Below are positions 48,687 through 60,399 of a stretch of 64,000 bases of DNA, piece by piece; position 1 is the first letter of the stretch, and each line of letters begins with the position of its first letter. Location of the stretch: assembly GCA_043228905.1 (NCBI GenBank), contig JBHGNT010000004.1, positions 5,518,001 to 5,582,000 of the forward strand, in the 5' to 3' direction. The notes beneath the pieces are model-generated. The model saw only the letters and a list, made by a program, of their open reading frames with translations, searched no databases and was not told where the DNA came from. The DNA comes from Azolla caroliniana (Eukaryota > Plantae > Polypodiophyta). The position numbers and the translations under genes were made by a program.

Positions 48687-50813
48687 ATGAGGGGGTCGGA
48701 TCTTGCAGAGGCCATGGCTTCGGCCGTGGACCGGATTGTAAACGCGCGCGAGGGCACCGGTGCCCTCGACAGAGCCATTGAGGCGGTCGTCGGCACGATC
48801 GGCCGGTTCGATGGGAAGGATGCCACGAAGTATTTGGCGTCCTACGGTGCAGAGATGTTGATGCGGGACATTCCGGAAGAAAGGCGTCTTGCCGGATTTC
48901 CCCGAGTGGCGATGCCGAGCATCCATGCGGAGGTGCTCGAGGTGCGGGCGGAGAGCCGTACCTGGGAGGAGTTCGAAGGTCGGCTCCTAGAGAAATACGG
49001 GCTGGACGACGTGCTCCGGCTTTCGAAGCGAAGGTTCATGGAATGGGTGGAGTCCCCGGGGAAGGGAAGAAACGCGTCGGCACTCCTCCGGGAGTTCGAG
49101 GAAAACTTTGCGCGCCTTTCGGCGCTCGACCGAACCATCCTGGACACGAGCCGGGTCTTGCTGTTTGTCAAGTCGGTCGACGAGCGGGATCGGGAGCAAG
49201 TGGGCCTCTTGCTGGAAACCGAAGACGGGCTCACTACCAACTGGGCGGCTGTCAAGAAAGTCTGTGGCCGTTTCGACAAACGGCGAGAATGGGCGGATAA
49301 CGGGGCAACCGGGTCGGGCTCGGTCGCAGCGAGGAAGCTCGAACCAGCGCCACAGGTGCGAAAGGAAGAGACCCGAGAATGGTTGGAAACCGGTTCGGCT
49401 TCGACCGGCGTAGTCAGAGGCTCAACCGGAGGAGCGGCGCTGGAGGAATTGACGAGGGCGATAAAGGACCTCAGAATCGCGCAAGCCCGAAGGGAAGGTG
49501 GCGAACCGGCTCGTGACCGACGGCCGGCGGCAGGAAACAGGTGCATGTGGTGCGATGAAGTCGGCCACATTCGGAAGGACTGCGGCGACTTCGCGGAGGC
49601 GCTGAGGAACAGGGTGGTGTACCTGTGGGAAGGACGGGTGCATGCCAGCGACACCCGAAGGGCCCTGAGCCGAAACGACGGGCGAGGTGGTATGAAAAGG
49701 TTGATGGAAGAGGCGGCGGCCCGACACGCGGAAACCGTCCACTACTCGGCGTCGGCCGGCATTCGAGTCGGGGGCGGCGAGGCCCGAAGGGAAAGCAAAG
49801 CCGGATTCTGGCCGACGATGCTGGAAGGCCTTGCCGGTGCAAGGCTTAAAAGGGAGGAATCGGACCGTGCGGAGAAACGGGTACGGGAGATGACCGGGTG
49901 GAGCGACCCGGTCGAGGAAAAGACGGGCTTCGTGGAAGCCGCTTGCCAGAACTACGAGGCTCTGGTAGAAGAGAAGCGGGTGGGGAAACCCGGGACGACC
50001 GGGCCCTCACAACGATACGAGACCCGGTCCGGGCCACGACGGGACAAAACCGGCGGGGCCGATACGCAAGATAAACCCCAGAAGGGCGGGTACCGTCTGG
50101 GGACGGAGATAGAAAGGACCACGGACTTACGAAAGGTCCTGGAGGAACGGATCCTCGACAGCAAGGTGGAGCTGTCGTTACGAGAGGTGCTGGGAATCGC
50201 CAAGAAGGAGTTCCACGACTCCATCGTGGACTTGGTGAAACGGAAGAGGCTGTCAACGGAGACAGAACCGAAAAGACCGGTGGAAGTGCGGACGACGCAC
50301 CTAGACGACATGGCGCTGGGAGACGAGTGGGCGGAAAGCCACTATTCGAGACCACACTGGGCCCGAGCGACCACGGAAACCCCGGTGAAGATCGGCGATG
50401 TCCAGGAACCGTTGATAGCTTTGGTGGACCACGGATCGGAGATCAATTTGATGTCCATGGACTTCTATAAGAAGGGCAAATGGCCGATCAACACCAAGCA
50501 CGGGTGGAAAATAAGGGCAGCAACGCGCGCCACCGAGGAACTGCACGGGGCCTGTCCGAATGTGCGAGTCAAGATCGGCGACGTCGAGATTGACCAGCAC
50601 TTCTTCGTGCAGGAGACGTCTTCGCATCCGGTCATACTGGGAGAGCCGTACATCACGGCGGCGCGAATGGAGACCAAGGTGCTGGACAATGGTTCGGCCT
50701 ACGCGAGGGTCAAAAGCCAAGACGGGCGCCATTCGGTCCAGTTTCTGACGGTACGGCCGAACCACGAACGTAACCGCGACTCCCTCGGTTCCGAAAACCG
50801 AGAGGATTTTTAG
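48687..50813 (+). CDS. gag: Element H Gag-protease
   Basis: CMWCDEVGHIRKDC zinc knuckle and ALVDHGSEINLM aspartic protease in one ORF. First ATG at 48687. Confidence 0.92.
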   Translation: MRGSDLAEAMASAVDRIVNAREGTGALDRAIEAVVGTIGRFDGKDATKYLASYGAEMLMRDIPEERRLAGFPRVAMPSIHAEVLEVRAESRTWEEFEGRLLEKYGLDDVLRLSKRRFMEWVESPGKGRNASALLREFEENFARLSALDRTILDTSRVLLFVKSVDERDREQVGLLLETEDGLTTNWAAVKKVCGRFDKRREWADNGATGSGSVAARKLEPAPQVRKEETREWLETGSASTGVVRGSTGGAALEELTRAIKDLRIAQARREGGEPARDRRPAAGNRCMWCDEVGHIRKDCGDFAEALRNRVVYLWEGRVHASDTRRALSRNDGRGGMKRLMEEAAARHAETVHYSASAGIRVGGGEARRESKAGFWPTMLEGLAGARLKREESDRAEKRVREMTGWSDPVEEKTGFVEAACQNYEALVEEKRVGKPGTTGPSQRYETRSGPRRDKTGGADTQDKPQKGGYRLGTEIERTTDLRKVLEERILDSKVELSLREVLGIAKKEFHDSIVDLVKRKRLSTETEPKRPVEVRTTHLDDMALGDEWAESHYSRPHWARATTETPVKIGDVQEPLIALVDHGSEINLMSMDFYKKGKWPINTKHGWKIRAATRATEELHGACPNVRVKIGDVEIDQHFFVQETSSHPVILGEPYITAARMETKVLDNGSAYARVKSQDGRHSVQFLTVRPNHERNRDSLGSENREDF

Positions 50814-53800
50814 AGAGGACTGCCAAGGCGTGGGGCCGCGACAGTCCGGATGCTCCGAGAAAACCCCACATCTATACGATAAAACCGTGTACAATAGGTA
50901 GGAAATTTTGCTTCTCCGACAGCGGAGCATGTACGATGGTCGTCATCGCCGGCCGAGAGAAAACAAAGACGGAGGGGAGACTTCGAGCGTGCGGAGTTCT
51001 CGGCCCTGACGAAGAAATCAGTGGCGCCGTGGAGGCGGTCTCCTTTGACGACACCTTGGGAATGCTGGGGAAGGTAGTCGAAGAAGACCTTAACGAAGAC
51101 CGGACGATACCGGTATGTTCCGAAGAAATGTACGAAGTCATCGCGGACTTTGGTCGGGGGCTCGAGTCGGATCGGACGGCCCGAGTAAGCACCAAGTACA
51201 AGACTGTGGACCGGAAGGTAAGGCCAGTCGCGGTACCGTTACCGGAGGGCAGCGAGTCGCGAATCAAAGGGGTTGCATCGGACCCCAGCTTACGAGATCC
51301 GGCCTGTATAGGACACACCTTCACCAACGAGACGCTCCGGGGGCTCAAAATCGGTGGGGGTGGGTTCCTACTACCGGCGGAGGAAGACCGGTTTCGGAGA
51401 ATGCTCGGAAGGCACGGGAAAGCCTTCGCATTCTCACCGGAGGAAATCGGGTGCGTAAACCCGACGATCGTAGAGCCGATGGTGATATTCACGGTACCGC
51501 ATGTACCGTGGAATCTCAAGCCAATTCCGGTTCCGAGAGCTCACATCCCGAAGTTGATGGAGCTGTTGAAGCAGAAAGTTGATATGGGCATTCTCGAGCC
51601 GTCGAGCGCCCCGTATTCAAACCGATGGTTTACCGTACCAAAGAAAAACGGATCATTGCGCTTCATTCAGGACCTGCAACCGGTCAATAGGGTGACCATT
51701 CGGAACGCAGGGATTGGACCGACCATAGACGAGTTCGCGGAGGCCTTCGCCGGAAGGTCGATTTACTCGGTCGGTGATCTATACTCAGGGTACGACCAGT
51801 TCCAGCTAGCCGTGGAGAGCAGAGACATTACGACGATGCGAACTCCCCTCGGCCTAGTGCGGATGTGTACGCTGCCGCAAGGAGGGACCAACTCGGTGGC
51901 CCACATGGTGAATGCGATGAACAAGGTTCTGAGGGACTGCATCCCGGACATCACCATGCCGTTTCTGGACGACATCCCGATCAAGGGATGCCCGGTAGCA
52001 GAAAAGGACGAGACGATCGGGCCGGACGGATGCCGGCGATTCGTGGCGACGCACATCGACGACTGCGAGAAGGTGCTACAAAGGCTAGAGGCTGCGAGGC
52101 TCACCTTCTCGGGGGAGAAATCAGCCTTCGGGCAGTCGGAAATCATGGTGGTCGGACATTTATGTGGACCATATGGCCGGAAACCGTCTCCGGCAAAGGT
52201 AGAAGCCATCTCCGCGATGAAGCCTGATTGCAGCTCGGTCACGGAAGTACGAAGATTCTTGGGAGCATGCGCCTTCTACCACATATGGATCCCGCATTAC
52301 GCGCACGTCGCGGAGCCGCTGTACGGATTATTGAAGAAAGGGCGAAGATTCGAATGGCTAGACAAGCACACGGAGTCGGTCCGGAAGCTGAAGGAGGCTC
52401 TTTCGGCAGCACCGGCGCTCCGAAAGGCCGTCTACAGGAAGGGCACCCCAGTGTACATAACGGTTGACACGAGTCCGACCGGAATCGGGTGGGTCGTCAA
52501 CCAAGAAGACGAGGACGGCAATCGGTTCCCGATCCGATTCGGCGCGAAGGTCCTCAGTGAGCGGCAGCGAGGATACGCCCAGGTTAAACGCGAACTCTGG
52601 GGTATCGTTTCGGCGGTGAAGGCCGACAAGGACTATCTGATCGGGACAGAGGTAATCATAGAGACGGATTGCATGCCGATTCTCGGCATGGTTTCCGGAT
52701 GCGCGACGCCGGACCTGGCAATGCTCAGGTGGATAGCGTACATCAAGTCCCTGGACCCGGAAATACGACACATTTCCGGGAAAGACAACGCCATGGCCGA
52801 CATGCTTTCAAGGGCGAGATTCGATGACGAGGGCGGCATGGTTTCGGAGGACGAAGAGGTCGGCGTGGACTTCTTCGAGGCAGCATACGTAACAACCGGC
52901 GGGACGAGCACTCCGGCGCTTAACGACTTCGACGCGAGCAAGTACGACGGGGAGTGGCTGCAGATTGGCGGGTTCTTGAGGACAATGGCGCCGGATGCGT
53001 CATGGACGAAAGACGAGGCCAACCGGATCCGGAAGAAAGCGTACCGGTTCTTTCTCCGGGATGGCTATCTATGGAAGCACCCGAAGAAGAGGGACGGCGC
53101 TCCGCTCCGGGTGGTGGCGATGAAGGAAGAACAGGAGGAGCTGCTGACGGCCTACCACGACAGCCCTTGGGCCGGACACCGTGGAACTTGGGCCACGTTC
53201 GAGAAGATAAAGGAGAAGTACTGGTGGCCGGGACTGTACCGGGACGTGCATCGATTAGTGACAACTTGCGAGAGCTGTCAGATGCACTCCGTGGTCCGAC
53301 ACCGGGACGAGCTTCACCCTACGTACCCTCCGACCATCCACTTCAAATGGATGGTAGATCTGGTGACGATGCCAATGGGGGTAGGACAGATGCGGTACCT
53401 GGTCCTAGCGCGGGAAGATCTGACGAACCAGGTGGAAGGCCGGGCCCTTCCGAACAAAACGACCGCGGCCGTATGTCGGTTCCTAATCGAGGACGTGATA
53501 TGCCGGTACGGGTGCGTCGGGAAGATCGTGGCTGACCGAGGGGAGTTGGACGCCGAAGAAGCCGCGGAGCTGTTCGACCGGCTGGGAGTCAAGCTCTCGC
53601 TCACCACTGCGTACAATCCGGAGGCGAATGGAAAGGTGGAGCGCGGACACGGACCGATCGTCAAGGCGCTGGTTCGAGCATGCGGAGGCCAAGTCGGTAA
53701 CTGGCCGCGGCTGCTACCTTATGCTTTGTGGGCAGACCGGACCACGCACAGTTCGGTAACCGGGTACATGCCGACGGAGCTCATGTTCGGCCAGAAGCCG

Positions 53801-54238
53801 ATCATGCCGATAGAACGGACGATCTCCTCGTGGGCAACGGTCGACTGGAGGGACGAGATGAGCCGGGAGGAGTTGTTGGCCGCGCGTATACGACAGCTCG
53901 AGCGGAGACCGGAGGACGTGGAACTGGCTGCGGAGAAGCTCCGGGTGGCGAGGACAAAGAACAAAGCCAGGTTCGACCGAACGCACCGGCTCCGACCGAA
54001 GAAAATCGACGAAGGTGACTGGGTGCTCGTCTACGACAGCAGCCTCGACAACCAGCACCGAGCTACACGGAAGTTCTCACGAAGGTGGTTCGGGCCTTAC
54101 GTGGTACGGAGCGCCAATGACAACGGGACATATCACCTGGCGGAACTAGACGGCACGAGAATGGCGATACCGGTTGCAGGGAAGCGGATCAAAGCGTTCA
54201 AGAAGCGACAGACGACGAGCCAGACCCGGCTCTCCTAG
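50804..54238 (+). CDS. pol: Element H RT-RNase H-integrase, entered by -1 frameshift
   Basis: Frame open from 50804. FLDD (RT), VDTSPTG (RNase H), H..H..C..C zinc motif, DRGE and ANGKVERGH (integrase), GPY. No chromodomain. Confidence 0.93.
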   Translation, partial: GFLERTAKAWGRDSPDAPRKPHIYTIKPCTIGRKFCFSDSGACTMVVIAGREKTKTEGRLRACGVLGPDEEISGAVEAVSFDDTLGMLGKVVEEDLNEDRTIPVCSEEMYEVIADFGRGLESDRTARVSTKYKTVDRKVRPVAVPLPEGSESRIKGVASDPSLRDPACIGHTFTNETLRGLKIGGGGFLLPAEEDRFRRMLGRHGKAFAFSPEEIGCVNPTIVEPMVIFTVPHVPWNLKPIPVPRAHIPKLMELLKQKVDMGILEPSSAPYSNRWFTVPKKNGSLRFIQDLQPVNRVTIRNAGIGPTIDEFAEAFAGRSIYSVGDLYSGYDQFQLAVESRDITTMRTPLGLVRMCTLPQGGTNSVAHMVNAMNKVLRDCIPDITMPFLDDIPIKGCPVAEKDETIGPDGCRRFVATHIDDCEKVLQRLEAARLTFSGEKSAFGQSEIMVVGHLCGPYGRKPSPAKVEAISAMKPDCSSVTEVRRFLGACAFYHIWIPHYAHVAEPLYGLLKKGRRFEWLDKHTESVRKLKEALSAAPALRKAVYRKGTPVYITVDTSPTGIGWVVNQEDEDGNRFPIRFGAKVLSERQRGYAQVKRELWGIVSAVKADKDYLIGTEVIIETDCMPILGMVSGCATPDLAMLRWIAYIKSLDPEIRHISGKDNAMADMLSRARFDDEGGMVSEDEEVGVDFFEAAYVTTGGTSTPALNDFDASKYDGEWLQIGGFLRTMAPDASWTKDEANRIRKKAYRFFLRDGYLWKHPKKRDGAPLRVVAMKEEQEELLTAYHDSPWAGHRGTWATFEKIKEKYWWPGLYRDVHRLVTTCESCQMHSVVRHRDELHPTYPPTIHFKWMVDLVTMPMGVGQMRYLVLAREDLTNQVEGRALPNKTTAAVCRFLIEDVICRYGCVGKIVADRGELDAEEAAELFDRLGVKLSLTTAYNPEANGKVERGHGPIVKALVRACGGQVGNWPRLLPYALWADRTTHSSVTGYMPTELMFGQKPIMPIERTISSWATVDWRDEMSREELLAARIRQLERRPEDVELAAEKLRVARTKNKARFDRTHRLRPKKIDEGDWVLVYDSSLDNQHRATRKFSRRWFGPYVVRSANDNGTYHLAELDGTRMAIPVAGKRIKAFKKRQTTSQTRLS

Positions 54239-57200
54239 TCAGCAGTGACGAACGATCCGAAAACGAGGAAGAACCGACGGGCGAGGAATGAAGACGGGCC
54301 GGTTTTCTCCGTCCCAACTCTCTTGGCGCATACCGGAGGATGCGCGGTTAGGTGGGGGCGGATGTCGTGAAGAAAACCGTCCATAGGCGGAATCGGCGCA
54401 CCAAGGCGTGGGAACCGGTTCTTCACGCGCGCACGCTCCAAGTTGTACATAGAAGCGAATTAGGAGGATAATCGGCAGGAACGGACCCTAACACAAGTGG
54501 AGACAAAGACCGCGCGAACAGTCTTTTCGGTCGCGCGCGCAAGCTAAGGAACTGTACGAGTCGGCAGCGTAACTACGCGGATGCGTGAAGAACGGAGCGG
54601 ATCCCTGTCAAAAAGGGACAGGGAATAAAGCTGACAAGACAGCCTATATAAGGAGCAGGAAAGAGTTGTTGCAGGCATCTCGCGCAGAGAGGACGAAGTG
54701 CTGCCGGACCGTTTCTGGACGCTTCTCTCTCTGTTTCCTTCCTTCTTGAGCTCCATAGCTTTTCTGTGCAGGGTTCCGAGGAGGCTCGCGCTGTTTCGAG
54801 GAACGCCCGAGTGCTTCCGGCAGCACCTCCGACCTGCTACCCCCTTTGTGCGTCGAAGCGAACAAGCATCGGCATCTGTTCGCCGGCCTGTTCGGCTGTA
54901 GCCAACCTGTGCCCCATCGAGGGTTGTAGTCGTGTTAGCCATTTTTGTTAATATACATATTTAGTCATTCGCATCTGTCTGTGTCGGTGTCTGTCCGCGT
55001 TCTCCGTGCTGAAGGGCCGTGTCCCTGTGTATCCCCGGTCCTGCGTAGCCGGTTCTCTCTCTTTCTCCTCCCTCGCTTGCTCTTTGGTTCGAGACCCCCG
55101 CGGTCCCGCCTCATTTCCACACGCACTTGCGTAATATCTCGACACCGTGTAAGCATAAAATGGTGTCACCTTTGTCGATGAGTGGATAGAGTTATTATAT
55201 GCAAATTCGGCGAAGTGAAGAATATCCGCGCAGTCATCTTGATGATAGCTTAAAAAGCACCGAAGATGCTGCTTCAACGTTTGATTTGTTCATTCTACTT
55301 GGCCGTCTGTTTGCGGGTGGTAGCCGGAAGAGAGGTTACAAGTGACCTTAAGCATTTTAAAGAGGTGCTTCCAGAACTATGAGACGAACTAGGGTCCACA
55401 GTCGTTGATGATACTATCGGGAAGGCCATGATGCCGACATACTTCACGCATGACAATTTCGGTGGTTTCTTCACTAGAGATTTCCTTAGTACATGGCAGG
55501 AAATGGGCCATCTTCGTATATTGATGCCTTGGCATTTTTGCTCTGCCACATGTATCACAAGTCCGAACAAAATCTTCGACAAATTGTCGCATACAAGGCC
55601 ACTAGAATGATTGTTGTACTAAATCTAATGTCTTAGTACTACCAAAATGCCCAGTTGTATATGTGTCATTACAGTTTTGGACTACTCAAAGGTGGCAAGA
55701 ACCATTAGGAACATACAAGAGTTTCTTAAAGAATAGTAATCCATCATGACATTCGAATTGTCGATAGTCTGTACCTGGTTGTTGCAATTGTGAACAAAAT
55801 GCTCAAGAGGGATCAATTTGTGCTAGAATGGCTTGGGAGAAAGTATCTGTCTTAAAGTCCTCACGTATGGTATCGATAATGTGGGAATCCAAGGGCATGC
55901 TGAAGACCTGTGTTGCTTGCAGTTGTGCCGGTCCAAGGATTACTTGCTTTTGGTTATCGAAAGTTGGCTCGCTAAGACGCGGTGCTAGATACGAACGTCG
56001 TGATAATGCATCTGCCTTCCCTTGGTGCTTCCCCGGACGATATGTAATTTTGAAGTCGAAACGCATGAGGAATTGGGCCCACCGAGCTTGACGTCAATTT
56101 AACACTCGAGCAGTCTGAAAGTAGGCAAGGTTTTTGTGATCACTGAATACGGTGACTTGATGCGAGGATCCCTCTAAAAAATACCTCCATTGCGTAAAAG
56201 AGTCCACTATTGGAAATAGCTCCTTATCATGAATTTCATAGTTGATTTCGGCGGCATCAAACTTGCATGAGTGGAAAGCCACAGGATGTAGCTTTTCATC
56301 ATTACCTTGTTGTGACAGAATGCTACCCAATGCGAAATCCGACGTGTCCGCTTCCATGATGAATGGTATTTCTGGATCAACGTGAGCTAGAATAGGAGTC
56401 GATGTAAATGCCTTCTTAAGATTCTCAAAAGCCATGTCCGCTTCTTCAGACCAAACGAACGAGTGTCCCTTCTTAGTAAGTTGTGTGAGAGGTAGAACAA
56501 GCTTTGAGTAATCCTGTATAAACTTGCGGTAGAAATTGGCAAAGCCTAAAAAGCATTGCACATCTCGCAAGGAACGCGGAGTTTGCCACTCTACCACCGT
56601 TTTGACCTTAGCTGGATCCATGGAGATGCCTTCCGAGGAGATGACATAGCCCAAAAATTCCGCCTGGTTGCACCCAAAACTACATTTTTCCAGCTCTGCA
56701 TAAAGACCATGTTCTCGAAGTCGTTTTAGTATTAACAGTACATGAGAATCATGCTCTTCTTCGGTCTTCAAATAAACTAGTAGATCATCCAAATAGATGA
56801 TCAAACAAACATCCAAGAGATCTCGGAATATATCATTTGCCATGTGTTGGAAGACTGTTGGCGCATTAGTGAGGCCGAATGGCATGACCGTATACTCGAA
56901 GTGCCCATATCAGGTGCGAAACGCGGTCTTCCATTCATCTCCTGGTTGGATCCGTACGAGGTTATATGCTCCCCGTAAGTTGATCTTCGTGAAGAACCTT
57001 GCACCATTGATCCGTTCTAAAAGACTTGAGATAAGGGGAAGTGCATAGCTATTTCTAATGGTGACCTTATTCAAGCCACAGTAATCTACAACGAGAAGAA
57101 GTGATCCATCCTTTTTCTTGACGAAGAAAATGGGTGCAGTGGCTGGAGATTTCGAATGCCAAATGAAACCATTTTCCAAATTCTCCTCTATATAGGCTCG

Positions 57201-57480
57201 AAGGACTTTTAGCTCGATTGATGACAAATTGTAGATCAATCCCCATGGTGGCTCTTTTCCCGGTTGTAAGTTGATGGGGCAATCATATGGTCGATGGTGA
57301 GGAAGCGTATTGGCTTGTACTTTATCGAACACGTCGGCATAATAATGATACTTCTTTGGAAGTTGAACAGTGGAATCCTCTTTAGTGGTGTCAGAGGATT
57401 TTACTGATATTGTGAAAAGAAACATTTCTTCCTTGCGTCCTTCTTCCCGCAACTGATGTAGCGAAATGGTTGCAATCTTA

Positions 57481-60399
57481 TGTTGAGAGACAAGCTCAAC
57501 ATTCGGTGTGAAGTACGCAGCGTAACCCAGTGCGTAGACTGGGTGCATGAAAAAGTACGCACAACAGGGCCGCATTGGTGTGAAAACCGAAGAGGCCGTA
57601 GAGCGTTATTCCTCGTAAAGGAATCATTTTTGGAGTTTGTGTAGTCGACTCATTTATGAGCATTCAAGTACTGTCAGTACTTGTGTCAGCCCGATTGTCA
57701 GGGCTTGTATATAAGGTGCTCACTGAGCATGAAGTATGTATAGAACAGAGTATTATCCTTTTTTAATAGAACTGAGTTATCTGCTCTCTCTCTCTGTCTC
57801 TCCCTCTCCATCTCCATCTCTGTGTTTTTTGTTCTGGTGTTTGAAAACTGTGTACTCAATGTTACGCACACGCTTTCCGCACATGCTATTCTTTTACATG
57901 GTATCAGAGCACGAGGGTTGAAGTCCTGTACAGCCGACACGAAAAGCTTGCGACAAAACAAAGTTGAAGTTGTTCGGAAAAGAAAAAGACAGCAATATGG
58001 ACAGAGGAATGGGAAGCTCACTTCCGACTGAAAAGCTTGACAGAAGCAACTACGCATCTTGGTCTTACATGATGCACCAGTACCTACTCGGCCATGGCTA
58101 CTGGAGTTATGTCGAAGGAGCAAACGATGTGGCACCAGACTCGACACATAGGGACTATCCGGCTTGGGAACAAGCGGCAAGCAGAGTGTTGTATTGCTTC
58201 ACGTCCTGTGTGAGCGATCAACTTTTGAGCTATATTCGGGATGCCAAGATGCCGAAGGACGCATGGGCGAATCTCAAAAGGATTTTCGGCAGCCAAAAAG
58301 AGGAGAATGTACGGCATAATCGAGATGCCGGAAGCAATTCTGAACCCTCCACAAGTAGGGGAAGTCATGGCAGCACCGGAAGACAGCAAGAGAAGATCGC
58401 GCCGGATTGCCGGTACTGTGGCAAGAAAGGCCACAAGGAGAGCGAGTGCTAGAAGAAACAAGCCGACTCAAACAAAGTTGGACCGAGCGGAAGAGACGCA
58501 GGAAGGCGTCAAAGATCACACTACGTTGAAGGCTCGGAACAAGCTGGAAATGGAGTGGGCCCTGCCTTCGTAATGAAGCATAAGGCCAACCCAATGGCCG
58601 TGAACACCTCAAAATCAAGCGAGGTGTGGTATGTCCATTCTGGAGCGTCAAATCATATGACGAGTCACGAGGAATGGTTCTCGTACTTGGAGAAGCCGGA
58701 ATCACGAGGGGTTGTCAAAACAGGAGATGACACCCTGCACACCATCAAACATGTCGGAGAAGTTCCCCTCAGCCACGTCGAGCAGAAAGGGAAGCTTATG
58801 AACCTGTTGCACTTCCCGACAATAACGAAGAACTTGGTGTCGGTCGGTCAAATCATCGACCAAGGTATGCAAGTTCAATTCATGCACCTCGGCGGCTTCA
58901 TAGAAGAGGAAGGCAAAGTGATTGCGCAAGGGCGTCGTGAAGGGAGGATGTTTATCCTCGATACTAATCAAACAAGAACCGCATTGTACGCGAAAGGACA
59001 AAAGTTCGAATCGGATATCGACTTGTGGCACAAGCAGTTCGGCCACGTAAATTTCCCACGGCTTTGTGAAATGCAGATGAAGAACATCGTATTCGGATTG
59101 TTGAAATTTTGGGGCCGTAATGCCCAAGTCTGCGAAGCCTATCAGATGGGAAAACAGCACCGACTTCCATTCCCCAATGAGCGTAATCGTAGTCGAAGTT
59201 CGCTAGACTTGATCCATTCGGATGTGTGGGGACCAACACAGAACGTGACTCTCGGTGGAAGCCGTTACTTTGTAACCTTCATCGACGACTTCACTCGGCA
59301 CACGTGGGTATGCACAATCGCGAAGAAGAGCGAAGTCTTCGCATGTTTCCTGAAGGTGAAGAGCCTTGGGGAAAGGGAAACAGGGCGTAAGACCAAATGC
59401 CTACGGTCCGATGGCGGGAAGGAGTACTTCTCCGACCAGTTCACATGTTATCTACGAAAGGAGGGAATTCGACGCGAATTCTCATGTAGATACACGCCGT
59501 AGCAGAACGGCGTGGCCGAGTGGAAGAATCGGACGATTAAAGAAGCGGCTAGGGCAATGCTTGAAGAGAAGCATATGCCGAAATTCTATTGGGTTGAAGC
59601 CGTGAAGACGGTTGTCTACCTACAGAATCGGACTTCTGTTAATGGAGGAGTGTCACCACATGAGCTGTATTTCGGGAAGAAGCCGAACTTGGCACACTAG
59701 AGGATCTTCGGTAGCATTGCATATGTGCATGTGCCGAAAGAAAAGAGGAGGAAGTTGGACGCCAAAGCCGAAAAGTGCATCTTAGTCGGCTATCCAAACA
59801 AACAAAAGGGCTATAAATGTTATAACCCCCGAACAAAGGAAGTACGCGTAAGTCGAGATGTCGTGTTCGACGAATCCACTTCGTGGTACTTACCTTCATC
59901 TCCAGTACCTCAAAACTTCGTTCCGATTTCTGAAGAAGAGATCAAGGAGACTGAAATGCCTCCGCGTGATGAGGACGTCGGAGCTCTGAGAGAGAGTCTG
60001 ATCTCATTTCGGCTTAGCGGGCCGAATGAAAGGTTGGGCCAAGATGGCCAACCAAATGATGAGACGGCAAGTAGTGGAGACTCAGTCGTGATGTCCCTGC
60101 GTAAAGAACCGAGGAGATAGTTTACCGCAAGGAAAAGGGGAAGAAGAAGACGCCGGAATACGATTTCGGTAGTGCTGAGTCAGTTCGAAGCGAATCTAAC
60201 CTCGAGCCAGTCGAGAAGGAACCTCCACAAAAGAGGTCGAAATCGGCCGAAAAGATCACGAAATTGGGTAATCACGAATTACGATGATCTACCCGCCAGA
60301 AGAACCCCATAAAGAGGTACGGGTATAATGAGTACATGGCGCACCATTACACGGACATGACGTGAGTGGCGGAAGTGCGTGAGCCGGAGAGCTACGCAG
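57481..60399 (+). mobile_element. Element K: degenerate Copia (F/I-related), cut by L
   Basis: LTR 57481-57898, PBS TGGTATCAGAGC 57899-57910, gag CRYCGKKGHKESEC, WYVHSGASNHM, HSDVWGP. Premature stops. Confidence 0.92.

Larger units (their letters stand above)
47849..55144 (+). mobile_element. Element H: young intact non-chromovirus Gypsy (Phygy/Selgy-like by inference)
   Basis: LTRs 47849-48642 and 54363-55144 with about 10 substitutions and a 12-bp indel. 4-bp TSD CCGT. PPT 54346-54362. Two long open ORFs. Confidence 0.97.
46709..57480 (-). mobile_element. Element D: chromodomain Gypsy related to B, 5' part cut off by Copia K, hosting H
   Basis: 3' LTR 46709-47194 similar to the B LTR, followed by PPT. 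pol pieces 47195-47848 and 55145-57480 colinear with B pol. Confidence 0.9.

Noticed and set aside
48842-54058. Many antisense and overlapping ORFs in element H
   Set aside because: Expected shadows of GC-rich coding sequence with no recognisable motifs.
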